A program made the translations under genes and the position numbers. Below the pieces are notes generated by a model. The model saw only the letters and a program-made list of their open reading frames with translations, did no database searches and was not told the DNA's origin. Shown in pieces: positions 56,410 to 64,000 of a DNA stretch of 64,000 bases. Where the stretch lies: assembly GCA_028820405.1 (NCBI GenBank), contig JAPPJI010000021.1:2770-66769 (forward strand), written 5' to 3'. Each line of letters begins with the position of its first letter. Positions within the stretch are counted from its first letter, which is position 1. Source of the DNA: Candidatus Kaiserbacteria bacterium. GTDB taxonomy: Bacteria; Patescibacteriota; Minisyncoccia; Phycocordibacterales; JABAAK01.

Positions 56410-56619
56410 TTATCCTCGAGAACGACGTTTGGTTGTCCTCCTCTTCTTTGCCGGGGCCTTCTTGGCTGAGCGCTTTGTGCTCCTCCTCTTCATGCTTCTC
56501 TTTTTTGTCGAAGACTTTTTAGCGGTCTTTCTTCGTGTCGTTCGCTTCTTCATCGAACGCTTTTTCATTGAGCGTTTCTTTGTCGCTGTCTTCTTCATTG
56601 ATCGCCTTCTTTTCATCAT
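56410..56619 (-). CDS. ultra-basic K/R-rich low-complexity small protein (69 aa), histone H1/Hc1-like. Possibly a nucleoid-associated protein.
   Basis: Sequence MMKRRRSMKKTATKKRSMKKRSMKKR... with KKRSMKKR repeats and no hydrophobic core. It lies in the same orientation between secA and the LTD protein gene. It could be spurious. Confidence 0.3.
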   Translation of the reverse strand: MMKRRRSMKKTATKKRSMKKRSMKKRTTRRKTAKKSSTKKRSMKRRSTKRSAKKAPAKKRRTTKRRSRG

Positions 56620-56740
56620 TGTGCTTTGTTTATATTTTTAATGGACCTAGCTAGGCAGGTCTACTGTCATTATCGTAACTTTGTGCACTGTTTTATAAAA
56701 CAACGTAACAATATGTGGAAAACTTTTTTATCTGCTGCAT

Positions 56741-57445
56741 TTATGTTTCTTCTTTTTTATCTGCAAGAAAAAGTGGTGATGCAAGTAACGCACTCACACC
56801 GAGAAGAACAGAAAACCACAACAGCAGTGTTGTGTGTGCGTTTCGTTTTGTTTCTTTTTGCTGTACCGGCACGGTTTTTTCTTTCTCTGTTGTAAATAAC
56901 GCTGCGGCAACTGCATCTTTTTTCTCTTCCTCACTCGGCAACGGTGACAGTGACGGCTGTTTTGAGATAAAGGTATCTTCTCTTGTCACATGCAACGCAT
57001 TGCCGTCACCTCGTGCACCGTCACTATTGGCATATGAAACCGTGTGCACCGGCACCCTTTCTCGAATAATTGATATCGTTGCACCGTTATTGAGCAGTGA
57101 GAAATTCCCCGAATCAATCAGCATTCCTTGATATGCATAGTTCTGCAGAAACTGCTCAGGGCGGGAGACAATCACCGCAGTGCTACCCGGTCGGAGCACT
57201 GCTGAACCGACACTTTCGCGGAGCCGGTGATCTTTTTTGTCAGAACGTGATGAAAAACGGAAGTCGGTCAGAGAGATTGCGGATGAACCGACATTTTGCA
57301 CCACAACATACTCCCGACCGTCATCACCTCCCGGAGCGTTGTACATAATCTCAGTAATGCGAACCGATGCAAACACTGCGGTCGGAATAAGTGCAAAAAA
57401 CAAGGCGACAAACAACGCGGCTCTGCTCCCTCCCCTGGCTATCAT
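56741..57445 (-). CDS. lamin-tail-domain (LTD) protein with N-terminal signal/TM and C-terminal TM anchor
   Basis: ITEIMYNAPGGDDGREYVVVQNVGSSAISLTDFRF matches the LTD consensus (I.EI.YNP.G.D..EFIEL.N....DLSGW). C-terminal LLLWFSVLLGVSALLASPLFL is a TM segment. Confidence 0.6.
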   Translation of the reverse strand: MIARGGSRAALFVALFFALIPTAVFASVRITEIMYNAPGGDDGREYVVVQNVGSSAISLTDFRFSSRSDKKDHRLRESVGSAVLRPGSTAVIVSRPEQFLQNYAYQGMLIDSGNFSLLNNGATISIIRERVPVHTVSYANSDGARGDGNALHVTREDTFISKQPSLSPLPSEEEKKDAVAAALFTTEKEKTVPVQQKETKRNAHTTLLLWFSVLLGVSALLASPLFLADKKEET

Positions 57446-57446
57446 G

Positions 57447-57523
57447 TGGTGCGAATGGTAGGATTTGAACCTACGACCTCTCCATTATCAGTGGAGTGCT
57501 CTAACCAACTGAGCTACATTCGC
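57447..57523 (-). tRNA. tRNA-Ile (anticodon GAT), CCA encoded
   Basis: Manual fold. GCGAATG acceptor, D-arm GCTCAGTTGGTTAGAGC, anticodon loop CUGAUAA, T-arm GTAGG-TTCAAAT-CCTAC. 77 nt. Confidence 0.85.
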
Positions 57524-57582
57524 CTGCCTAAGACACGTACATAATATCACTCTTTTGAAAAAAGGGACAAGACTGTTTTGTG

Positions 57583-57655
57583 AGCCACCTGTCGGACTTG
57601 AACCGACGACCTGTGCGTTACGAATGCACTGCTCTACCAACTGAGCTAAGGTGGC
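57583..57655 (-). tRNA. tRNA-Thr (anticodon CGT), no encoded CCA
   Basis: Manual fold. GCCACCT acceptor, D-arm GCTCAGTTGGTAGAGC, anticodon loop UUCGUAA, T-arm GTCGG-TTCAAGT-CCGAC. 73 nt. Confidence 0.8.
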
Positions 57656-57679
57656 ATTGTCCTTTTCCCATCATATCAT

Positions 57680-59359
57680 TTATACACTTTCTTTCGAACG
57701 GTCCTCCTCTTGCAGGTCACCAAGTGACACCCAGCCGTCCTCGTAGCGGATCGGCGGCGCTTCTTTTTCCTCTTCCTTCTTCGGCACCTGCAGCGGCTTC
57801 GGCATACCGCTCATCTTTGCCTCCTGAATACTGTTTCGCAATTCAGATGCGTCCTCCTTCCTGTCATCAGACCGCTGCTGCTTCTGATCAGGTTTCTGCT
57901 TATCAGCACGATCATCTCTTCGTTCCCTGCCGCCCAGTGCATCTCGAACCGCTTTTGTAACTCCTCTTTGCGGTGCCTTCCCTTTCTGCCCCGGCTTCTT
58001 GAACGCTCCTCTACCACCCGGTTTTTCTTTCTTCTCTTTCCAATCCTGCTCAATATTCTTTCGCACCTGGTCTTCAATCTCTTCCCGATCAACACCGTAC
58101 TGCTGCATTGACTGTTTGATAACCTGGTCAGCGATAGAAACGGGTGGTGGTGCCGGCTTCATGTATGTCCGGGCAGAAAATGGCGTTGATCCTGCACCGC
58201 CAATATTGAGTGTGAGGAACATGTGGAACCGCGGGAGTGCGACGAGATCTTCCTCCGTTACCGCCGGTGCAAATTGTTTTGCAATGACCTCGGCATCAAC
58301 GGGACCGACGCGGAACGAAATAAAGGTGCCGACGTTACCGAACACTGCATCACGAATCGCATTCCCGTCACCTGAATCACCGCTGTATATTTGACCGATG
58401 TACTGGTGTGCAAGGATGAGGTTGAGTTTGTATTTTCTCGCCTCAGACAAAATGCTGCTGAATGTCGAGTTTGCAAATGACTGAAACTCGTCGACGTAAA
58501 AGTTGCAGGCAGGCGTCGCATCAAGTTGTTGTGGTGAGAGGTCACTTCGCGAGAGTGCGGAGAGGTAGATCTTGGTGGTAAAAAGGATACCGAGCATGCG
58601 TGCATTGTTGTCTCCGATCCGCCCCTTTGAAAGATTCACTAAAAGCACTTTCCCCTCATCCATCACCTGCCGAAAGTTAAACGCTGATTTCTTTTGACCG
58701 ATAATGTTTCGCATCAGCGGGTTTGAGGTAAACTGTCCGAGTTTGTTTTGAATGGCCGGCGTTGCATCCTGTACGTACCGTTCAGAATAGTTCGCATACT
58801 CATCAACCCAGTACCGACGAACCTGCGGATCTTTCACATTCTCAACAACTTTTGTTCGAAAATCTTTACTCGAGTACATACGACCGACGTCAAGCAGTGT
58901 CGTACCCGGATACTCAAGCAGTGCGAGGAGCGTATTTTGTAAAATGTAGGCCATGCGATCAGACCACGACGTCTCTCCCCAGATTTTTTCAAACGATGCC
59001 ATGAGACTGCTGACAACATGGTGCCGATGATCATACCCGACGTCTTCCATAATATTGAGACCAATCGGCCGATCCTGCAGGTGAGGGGCAAAATAAATGA
59101 CCCGATCCAAACTGTTCGGCGTGACATACTCCAAAAGACTGTCGACAGACTGACCGTGCGGGTCCATAAAGATGAGTCCTTCGCCGTTCTCCATGTCCTG
59201 CATGGCAAGCATCTCAAGAAACGTTGACTTTCCCGTTCCCGTCTGACCGATAACGTAGATGTGTCGGGAGCGATCCTCTTCCCGAATACCGAATCGAATC
59301 ACCTCACCACGTTTCTCCGTTTCTCCGATAAATACTTTTCTGTCAGGATCGTAGGTCAT
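57680..59359 (-). CDS. FtsK/HerA-superfamily P-loop ATPase of the TraD/TraG/VirD4 coupling-protein type, with charged low-complexity C-terminal tail
   Basis: Walker A VIGQTGTGKSTFLE and Walker B-like NFYVDEFQSF. There are no N-terminal TM segments. The last ~130 aa are K/E/R/D/Q-rich. Confidence 0.5.
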   Translation of the reverse strand: MTYDPDRKVFIGETEKRGEVIRFGIREEDRSRHIYVIGQTGTGKSTFLEMLAMQDMENGEGLIFMDPHGQSVDSLLEYVTPNSLDRVIYFAPHLQDRPIGLNIMEDVGYDHRHHVVSSLMASFEKIWGETSWSDRMAYILQNTLLALLEYPGTTLLDVGRMYSSKDFRTKVVENVKDPQVRRYWVDEYANYSERYVQDATPAIQNKLGQFTSNPLMRNIIGQKKSAFNFRQVMDEGKVLLVNLSKGRIGDNNARMLGILFTTKIYLSALSRSDLSPQQLDATPACNFYVDEFQSFANSTFSSILSEARKYKLNLILAHQYIGQIYSGDSGDGNAIRDAVFGNVGTFISFRVGPVDAEVIAKQFAPAVTEEDLVALPRFHMFLTLNIGGAGSTPFSARTYMKPAPPPVSIADQVIKQSMQQYGVDREEIEDQVRKNIEQDWKEKKEKPGGRGAFKKPGQKGKAPQRGVTKAVRDALGGRERRDDRADKQKPDQKQQRSDDRKEDASELRNSIQEAKMSGMPKPLQVPKKEEEKEAPPIRYEDGWVSLGDLQEEDRSKESV

Positions 59360-59360
59360 A

Positions 59361-59690
59361 TTACTTCTTCACCACCCCACCTCGTAGTGCACGGAAGAGA
59401 ACGGAAAAGAGTACGACGATACCGATACCGAACGCCAGCCACATCTTCCATACGGTAAATACGGAAACAAACGGAAACAGAACGAGAACAACACCAATGA
59501 CGGTGAGGAAACGATCAGACATACAGGTATAGTATACCCTGCATCCGCTGCAACGAGAAAAAGGGGCTGAGACAGCCCCTTTTCCCGACCATCGTTGTAC
59601 GAGTGCAAAAAATATGCACAGAATATTCGCACAAACAAATGGCACCCCAAGTATACTATTCCCCGACAGGGAGTTCAACAAGATATGCAC
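59361..59690 (-). CDS. small membrane protein, translationally coupled to the downstream ATPase
   Basis: The hydrophobic ORF may start at the internal ATG ~59522 (53 aa, 2 TM: VIGVVLVLFPFVSVF / LAFGIGIVVLFSVLF). Its stop lies 1 nt before the ATPase start. Confidence 0.35.
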   Translation of the reverse strand: MHILLNSLSGNSILGVPFVCANILCIFFALVQRWSGKGAVSAPFSRCSGCRVYYTCMSDRFLTVIGVVLVLFPFVSVFTVWKMWLAFGIGIVVLFSVLFRALRGGVVKK

Positions 59691-59692
59691 AT

Positions 59693-60391
59693 CTACCCTG
59701 AGCGACGCGAGAGTTGCGAGACGATAACCACCACCTCGCCACGGACCTCATCGGGGTGATTCTGGTAGTGGGCAAAGACCTCTTTTGCGGTGCCGGCAAT
59801 GCTCTGCTCATACACCTTTGTCATCTCCCGAACAACAATCACCTCCCGATCCTCCGGTATGTGTACTGTGAGAGACTCCAGTGCCCGCACCAGGCGGTGC
59901 GGTGCTTCATAGAAAACAACGGTACGATCTTCGTTTGCAATTGATTGAAACGCTTTCTCCCTCCCCTTCTTCCTCGGAAGGAAGCCGAGAAACACAAAAG
60001 AAGATGCCGGTGCACCGGATACGGAGAGTGCCGCGGTGACTGCTGACGGACCCGGTATTGAGACAATAGCGGCATCAGGGATAGTATCCCGAACATACCG
60101 AACAAGCTTCACGCCGGGATCGGCAATCGTCGGTGTTCCTGCATCAGAGATGAGTGCAATGTCACGACCACCTTGCATGAGTCGCACTGCTTTTGCCGTC
60201 TTGCCAAACCCGCTATACGAATGGTATGCCGTGCACGGCGTGTGAATGTCGTAGTGTGCAAGCAGTTTTTTTGAGACACGAGTATCCTCGCAAAATATAG
60301 TATCAACCGATCGAAGCACATCTCTTGCTCGATCTGACACATCCCCCAAATTTCCAATCGGGAGACCGATGACATACAGTATTCCGGTCAT
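59693..60391 (-). CDS. rsmI: 16S rRNA (cytidine1402-2'-O)-methyltransferase
   Basis: Tetrapyrrole-methylase fold (LYVIGLPIGNLGDVSDRA, IALISDAGTPTIADPG). The start is at MTGILYVIG. Confidence 0.85.
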   Translation of the reverse strand: MTGILYVIGLPIGNLGDVSDRARDVLRSVDTIFCEDTRVSKKLLAHYDIHTPCTAYHSYSGFGKTAKAVRLMQGGRDIALISDAGTPTIADPGVKLVRYVRDTIPDAAIVSIPGPSAVTAALSVSGAPASSFVFLGFLPRKKGREKAFQSIANEDRTVVFYEAPHRLVRALESLTVHIPEDREVIVVREMTKVYEQSIAGTAKEVFAHYQNHPDEVRGEVVVIVSQLSRRSG

Positions 60392-60508
60392 TAGCGGCAG
60401 TATAGCAAAGATGCACTGATCTGTTGTCGACAAAAAGTGATATTAAAAAAGAAAGAAATCTCTTATTATTATAAACATCAACACAGCAAAAGCGAAGAAA
60501 AAATATCT

Positions 60509-62665
60509 CTACCCGTCCCACCGACCTTCTTTTACCAATTTTTTCAACTGCCGAACACCTGCTTCTCCCGACTCAGTTATACCAGATCGCTGCAACTCAC
60601 TCGGCACCGTTTTCTGCTCCATAAGGGTTATTACATACCGATGTAAATCCATCGTCGCTTCATCACCAAAGAGATCACCCGTTTTCCTAATATCCCGATC
60701 AAATACCCGACGGAACCGCCTTGAAAGATACCGCTCCGTGTCTGCAAGACTGGAAAATGAATAGATATCATCCCCCCGATCCTTCAACGCCTCAAAGAGG
60801 TCGGATGCTTCTTTTCGCGAAGAAAATGCAATGTTTGAGACGTAGTCTACCACACCCTGCACCTCACCTGCTGCAATAACTTTGTGAGCGGTTTCTACGT
60901 GATCGATTCCTTCAAATGATGACAGATTCCGCATCACAGCCCACCCTTCTTTTTCTTGTATGAGCCGTTCAGCCAATGCGACATGATCAACACCTTCAAG
61001 TAGTGAGAGGTGTTCGGCAATCTCAGCGGTCCTGCCGACCCTCAGTGCCCTATCTATAATTGCGTCACTGTCAAGATGCGTAAACGCACTGCGATGCTCC
61101 TCAAGATACCAAAGACCGCAAAACTCAACGAACGAAAGAATAACCTCTTGAGGATCCATGCCATCGAGATCGAGCATGTATTCAACAACCGCCTTGGCTT
61201 GACCGTCTTTCATGAGCTCAGCAGCATACTGCATGCGATCAATTTGAAATCCTTTGATGTGCTTTGCAACATGATCACCCAGATCATGCTGCAAGAGACG
61301 CCATGCAATATTTTTATGGTCGGCAGCAATAAATCGCTGTATGTTTTCGGCAACACGATTGCCGTACCCTGCGGTAATCAATGTGTTAGCCGTGTCCGCA
61401 TTGAGGTCATCAAATCTCTCCATATGCTCGGCGATCACGCGCTCCCGATCATCTCGTGCTAACCCGCGTGCAACGTCATTACTTAAACCAGAGAAGTGTG
61501 TTATGTACTCAGCGAGAGATCTTCCCTGACCTTTCTCAAGAAGCATGAGAGCAACGTCCGTATGATCCACCCCCTTAAAACTCGGAAAGAATTCAGCAAC
61601 AGACTGTGCATCCATTCCGCCTTTGTCCATAAGTGCACGGACAACGGTATCGTGAGAAACAGCATCAAATTTTGAAATATGCGGAACAATACGCCACCCG
61701 GATCCTTTTTGTATGAGGATGTCCACCACTTTCTGCTGATCAACCGCAAGACGCTTCAGGTATTGAGGGATGACGGCACTATCGACCTTGTACACCAGTT
61801 TCAAAAATATGTTTTCCGGGTCAACATCAAACTGATCAGCGTACGTGACAACACTCTCACTTCCGTACGACCCCTGCTGCAAAAGATCATCTATAACTGA
61901 TTCGTGATCAACACCGTGCATTTTTGAAAGATGTTTTGCAACGGATTCACCCTGCTGATTTTGTATGAGGCTTCGAACAAGCACTCTTTGATCAATGGTG
62001 AAGTTTTGTACAAACAATGCAACAACATCTCCCTTCCCTCGTGCAATAAACTCTTGTGCGAGACGATCATGGTCAAGGTTGTTAAAGTTTGGAAGATGTT
62101 TTGCAAGTGATTCAAGTGAACCGGCAGCCAGTAATCGATCCGCAACCGCTTTGTGATCAATATTGGACATTTCCGGAAGATGTTTTGCAACCGCCTCACC
62201 TTCCCCAACGTTAATCAGTTGATAGACAACAAACCTATCAAGACCTTCAAAATCAAATGCGGCTATGTTTTCGGCAACGAGAGATCCTTCGCCGGAGTCA
62301 ATAATCTCATATGCAATCCACGAATGGTTAAGATGAAAATTAGTAAGATGTTCAATCACGACGCTTCCTTCGCCGGACTGAATAAACAGAGATGCTGTCT
62401 CAACATGGTCAATGTCCGGAAATTGGCTAAGATGCCGGGCGATAAGCGGTGCTTTCCCTTGTTCTATTGCAAAGCGAATTGCCCCGGAAATATCTTGCTC
62501 ACGTTGCAAGGATTCAAGCATCTCCTCGTCGGTTCCCTGCTCAAGCACTGATGCAAGATCGTTCTTTGGCGCCTCTTGCTCTTTTCTTTTCCCCCGCCCC
62601 AAGGTAAACATCATTCGCTTCTTCATGTAATCAGTATGGCACGAAAACAGCACGGACACTTGCAT
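60509..62665 (-). CDS. 718-aa tandem-repeat (alpha-solenoid-like) protein of unknown function
   Basis: About 18 copies of a ~34-aa unit with consensus xxHLxxFxGxDHxxVAxxLIxxGxGxxVxE (e.g. AKHLPEMSNIDHKAVADRLLAAGSLESL, AKHLSKMHGVDHESVIDDLLQQGSYGSE). The repetition is also visible at the DNA level (atgttttgcaac...). Confidence 0.6.
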   Translation of the reverse strand: MQVSVLFSCHTDYMKKRMMFTLGRGKRKEQEAPKNDLASVLEQGTDEEMLESLQREQDISGAIRFAIEQGKAPLIARHLSQFPDIDHVETASLFIQSGEGSVVIEHLTNFHLNHSWIAYEIIDSGEGSLVAENIAAFDFEGLDRFVVYQLINVGEGEAVAKHLPEMSNIDHKAVADRLLAAGSLESLAKHLPNFNNLDHDRLAQEFIARGKGDVVALFVQNFTIDQRVLVRSLIQNQQGESVAKHLSKMHGVDHESVIDDLLQQGSYGSESVVTYADQFDVDPENIFLKLVYKVDSAVIPQYLKRLAVDQQKVVDILIQKGSGWRIVPHISKFDAVSHDTVVRALMDKGGMDAQSVAEFFPSFKGVDHTDVALMLLEKGQGRSLAEYITHFSGLSNDVARGLARDDRERVIAEHMERFDDLNADTANTLITAGYGNRVAENIQRFIAADHKNIAWRLLQHDLGDHVAKHIKGFQIDRMQYAAELMKDGQAKAVVEYMLDLDGMDPQEVILSFVEFCGLWYLEEHRSAFTHLDSDAIIDRALRVGRTAEIAEHLSLLEGVDHVALAERLIQEKEGWAVMRNLSSFEGIDHVETAHKVIAAGEVQGVVDYVSNIAFSSRKEASDLFEALKDRGDDIYSFSSLADTERYLSRRFRRVFDRDIRKTGDLFGDEATMDLHRYVITLMEQKTVPSELQRSGITESGEAGVRQLKKLVKEGRWDG

Positions 62666-62677
62666 GCAAAAAGAAAA

Positions 62678-62696
62678 CCTGGGACAGTGTCCCAGG
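62678..62696 (-). terminator. perfect hairpin (CCTGGGAC-agt-GTCCCAGG) followed by a T-run on the minus strand. Intrinsic terminator-like.
   Basis: Seen in the sequence. Minus-strand context ...CCUGGGACACUGUCCCAGGUUUUCUUUUUGCAUGCA, only ~13 nt upstream of the annotated start of the repeat protein. Confidence 0.45.
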
Positions 62697-62816
62697 TCTT
62701 TCTATGTAATCAGAGGAGAAATACTTGTACAAATTCTTCTTCATCAAACAGGTATTGCATACGCCTCACCGTGTCGGCAAAGACCTTAATTATCACAACA
62801 ACATGCATGAAAAAAT

Positions 62817-62840
62817 GCCTGGGACAAACGTGCCCCAGGC
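62817..62840 (-). terminator. hairpin (GCCTGGGGCACgtttGTCCCAGGC on the minus strand) followed by a T-run. Likely terminator of the upstream membrane-protein gene.
   Basis: Seen in the sequence. Minus-strand ...GCCUGGGGCACGUUUGUCCCAGGCAUUUUUUCAUGCAUG. It shares the CCTGGGAC core and the flanking GCATGCA with the hairpin at 62678. Confidence 0.45.
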
Positions 62841-62846
62841 ATAGAA

Positions 62847-63608
62847 CTAAAATAGCGTCTCTTTTATTCGCAGTGCACCGTGGTACAAAACCTGTCCGAT
62901 GCTATGTGCCTGCTGACGAAACGACCGCATCGAAAGACTGCAGACCCGCTCCTTAACGGATGCTGCCTGTCCGCGCAATGAAATATCACGCCAGTTATCA
63001 GGCTGTCTGATGTCGGTCACTGCCTCTCTGAGATCACCGAACATTTCCCGGGACTCACCGGCAATGGTACGACTTCCCTCTCGAACCCCTTGACGGACAA
63101 ACCGCCAGGCACAACTGGCATTGTGTTGTGTCCATTTCTTTGTTCGTTGCCACACCACCTTCAGCATTGCTACCGTTACCGGATCTTCTGCACCAAGCAC
63201 ATAGAGTAACGCCAGCATGGCAACAACAAAAATGGGGAAACAAAGAAATGTCGCGATGAATTCCGTGGCACGGATGCCAAGACCAATCATCAAAAACAGT
63301 TCGTACACGCCGAAAGCAGCCAGTATTGCGGCACCAAGCGGCACGGCAAAAAGTGCCGAAAGGTATATCCCAAAGGCAATCCCGATCAGCCACCACTCTG
63401 TTTTGGGTCGTAGTGGTGACAACCACCACACAAGACCTATGAGACCTGGTACCAGGAGACTTATTCCGAGCGGAAAGGCTCCGACTCCTTGTTCAAACAG
63501 AGTAGAGACAGAGACTGCATGTACTGCAAAGAGCAGAGCAAGTAATGTTCCGAAAAACGTCACAACCGCGACCAATCCTTGGGCCGTTTCTTGTCCAAGA
63601 GCCCTCAT
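62847..63608 (-). CDS. hypothetical polytopic membrane protein (253 aa)
   Basis: About 6 predicted TM helices in the N-terminal 170 aa and a charged C-terminal tail. No known motif. Confidence 0.4.
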   Translation of the reverse strand: MRALGQETAQGLVAVVTFFGTLLALLFAVHAVSVSTLFEQGVGAFPLGISLLVPGLIGLVWWLSPLRPKTEWWLIGIAFGIYLSALFAVPLGAAILAAFGVYELFLMIGLGIRATEFIATFLCFPIFVVAMLALLYVLGAEDPVTVAMLKVVWQRTKKWTQHNASCAWRFVRQGVREGSRTIAGESREMFGDLREAVTDIRQPDNWRDISLRGQAASVKERVCSLSMRSFRQQAHSIGQVLYHGALRIKETLF

Positions 63609-63782
63609 GTGACCCTCCTTTCTAGTGCGAGACAGAGATGTATGACACCAAATAGACTATACAATATATAGATATTTTTGTAAATATCGTGCTTTTTCGT
63701 CCTTTTGGACTCATCAGATACGGCACACACCGCATGAAAGCTGGTTTTTGAGGAAAAACCTGTCTAAAACCTGGGGAGAAAT

Positions 63783-63929
63783 CTACGAAACCGACCAGAA
63801 AAACGCTGCCGATTCCGCCAAAAAGAGGGCTTCGTTGAGGGCTTCTACAGCACTCGACAGGAGTGCGGTAACGCTGAATCCAACCGCACAACCAACCAGA
63901 AACACTCCAACAACTTTCAAATAGCTCAT
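63783..63929 (-). CDS. possible 48-aa small TM protein (below the ORF-track length cutoff)
   Basis: ATG...TAG ORF read manually: MSYLKVVGVFLVGCAVGFSVTALLSSAVEALNEALFLAESAAFFWSVS. It competes with the less protein-like 89-aa ORF at 63622-63891. Confidence 0.2.
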   Translation of the reverse strand: MSYLKVVGVFLVGCAVGFSVTALLSSAVEALNEALFLAESAAFFWSVS

Positions 63930-64000
63930 CGTCTGCTCCTTTGTAAGGTGAATTGATTCCTACCCCAGATTATACAATATATGAGTTTTTTGTCAAATAC

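Noticed and set aside
63622-63891. 89-aa minus-strand ORF from the ORF track
   Set aside because: Its composition is not protein-like (W/R/C-rich, no hydrophobic core). A 48-aa hydrophobic ORF in another frame (63783-63929) fits the same space better. Both are low confidence.

Overview
This 64 kb window is a gene-dense bacterial chromosomal segment. About 50 of the roughly 65 CDSs are on the minus strand, and housekeeping genes dominate. There are three tRNAs (Pro-GGG, Ile-GAT, Thr-CGT), no rRNA, and no CRISPR array.

Main housekeeping content:
- **Ribosomal alpha-operon block:** rpsI-rplM and rplQ-rpoA-rpsD-rpsK-rpsM-rpmJ-infA.
- **Transcription/replication:** rpsP-KH-trmD, rpoD-dnaG, rpoC-rpoB, dnaX.
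- **Translation:** glyQS, aspS (archaeal-type), trpS, serS, tsf-rpsB, prfA-rpmE, rplY, gatB-obg.
- **Other:** secA, rsmI, a split transketolase, rpe-rpiB-gap.

Split tkt, archaeal-type AspRS with GatB, and truncated dprA/dnaX suggest a reduced-genome (CPR/Patescibacteria-like) organism. That is inference only.

Most notable observations:
1. **AT-rich island (18.96-22.65 kb)** inserted between dnaG and the 3' end of rpoC, flanked by a ~12-bp imperfect direct repeat. It encodes a KAP-family P-loop NTPase, an M.EcoRI-like N6-adenine DNA methyltransferase, and a translationally coupled DUF262(DGQQR)-HNH nuclease. This is a candidate non-canonical restriction-modification/defence module.
2. **Two Panacea (DUF4065) antitoxin-like genes**, each followed by a small candidate toxin. 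One is MazF-like (weak). The other is RelE/ParE-like and is followed by a holin-like PF04020 membrane protein.
3. **Two cell-envelope proteins sharing a near-identical peptidoglycan-binding motif (GPGSPGNET):** a 783-aa acidic secreted protein and a coiled-coil MltB-like lytic transglycosylase.
4. **Basic proteins:** a histone-H1-like lysine-rich N-terminal tail on RpoD, plus an ultra-basic 69-aa ORF.
5. **Other items:** a 718-aa protein built of ~34-aa tandem repeats, a NaK-like (GDG filter) cation channel with an S4-like segment, and a VirD4/TraD-like ATPase next to the tRNA-Ile/Thr pair.

All calls rest on reading the translated ORFs and the DNA directly. No database search was run.
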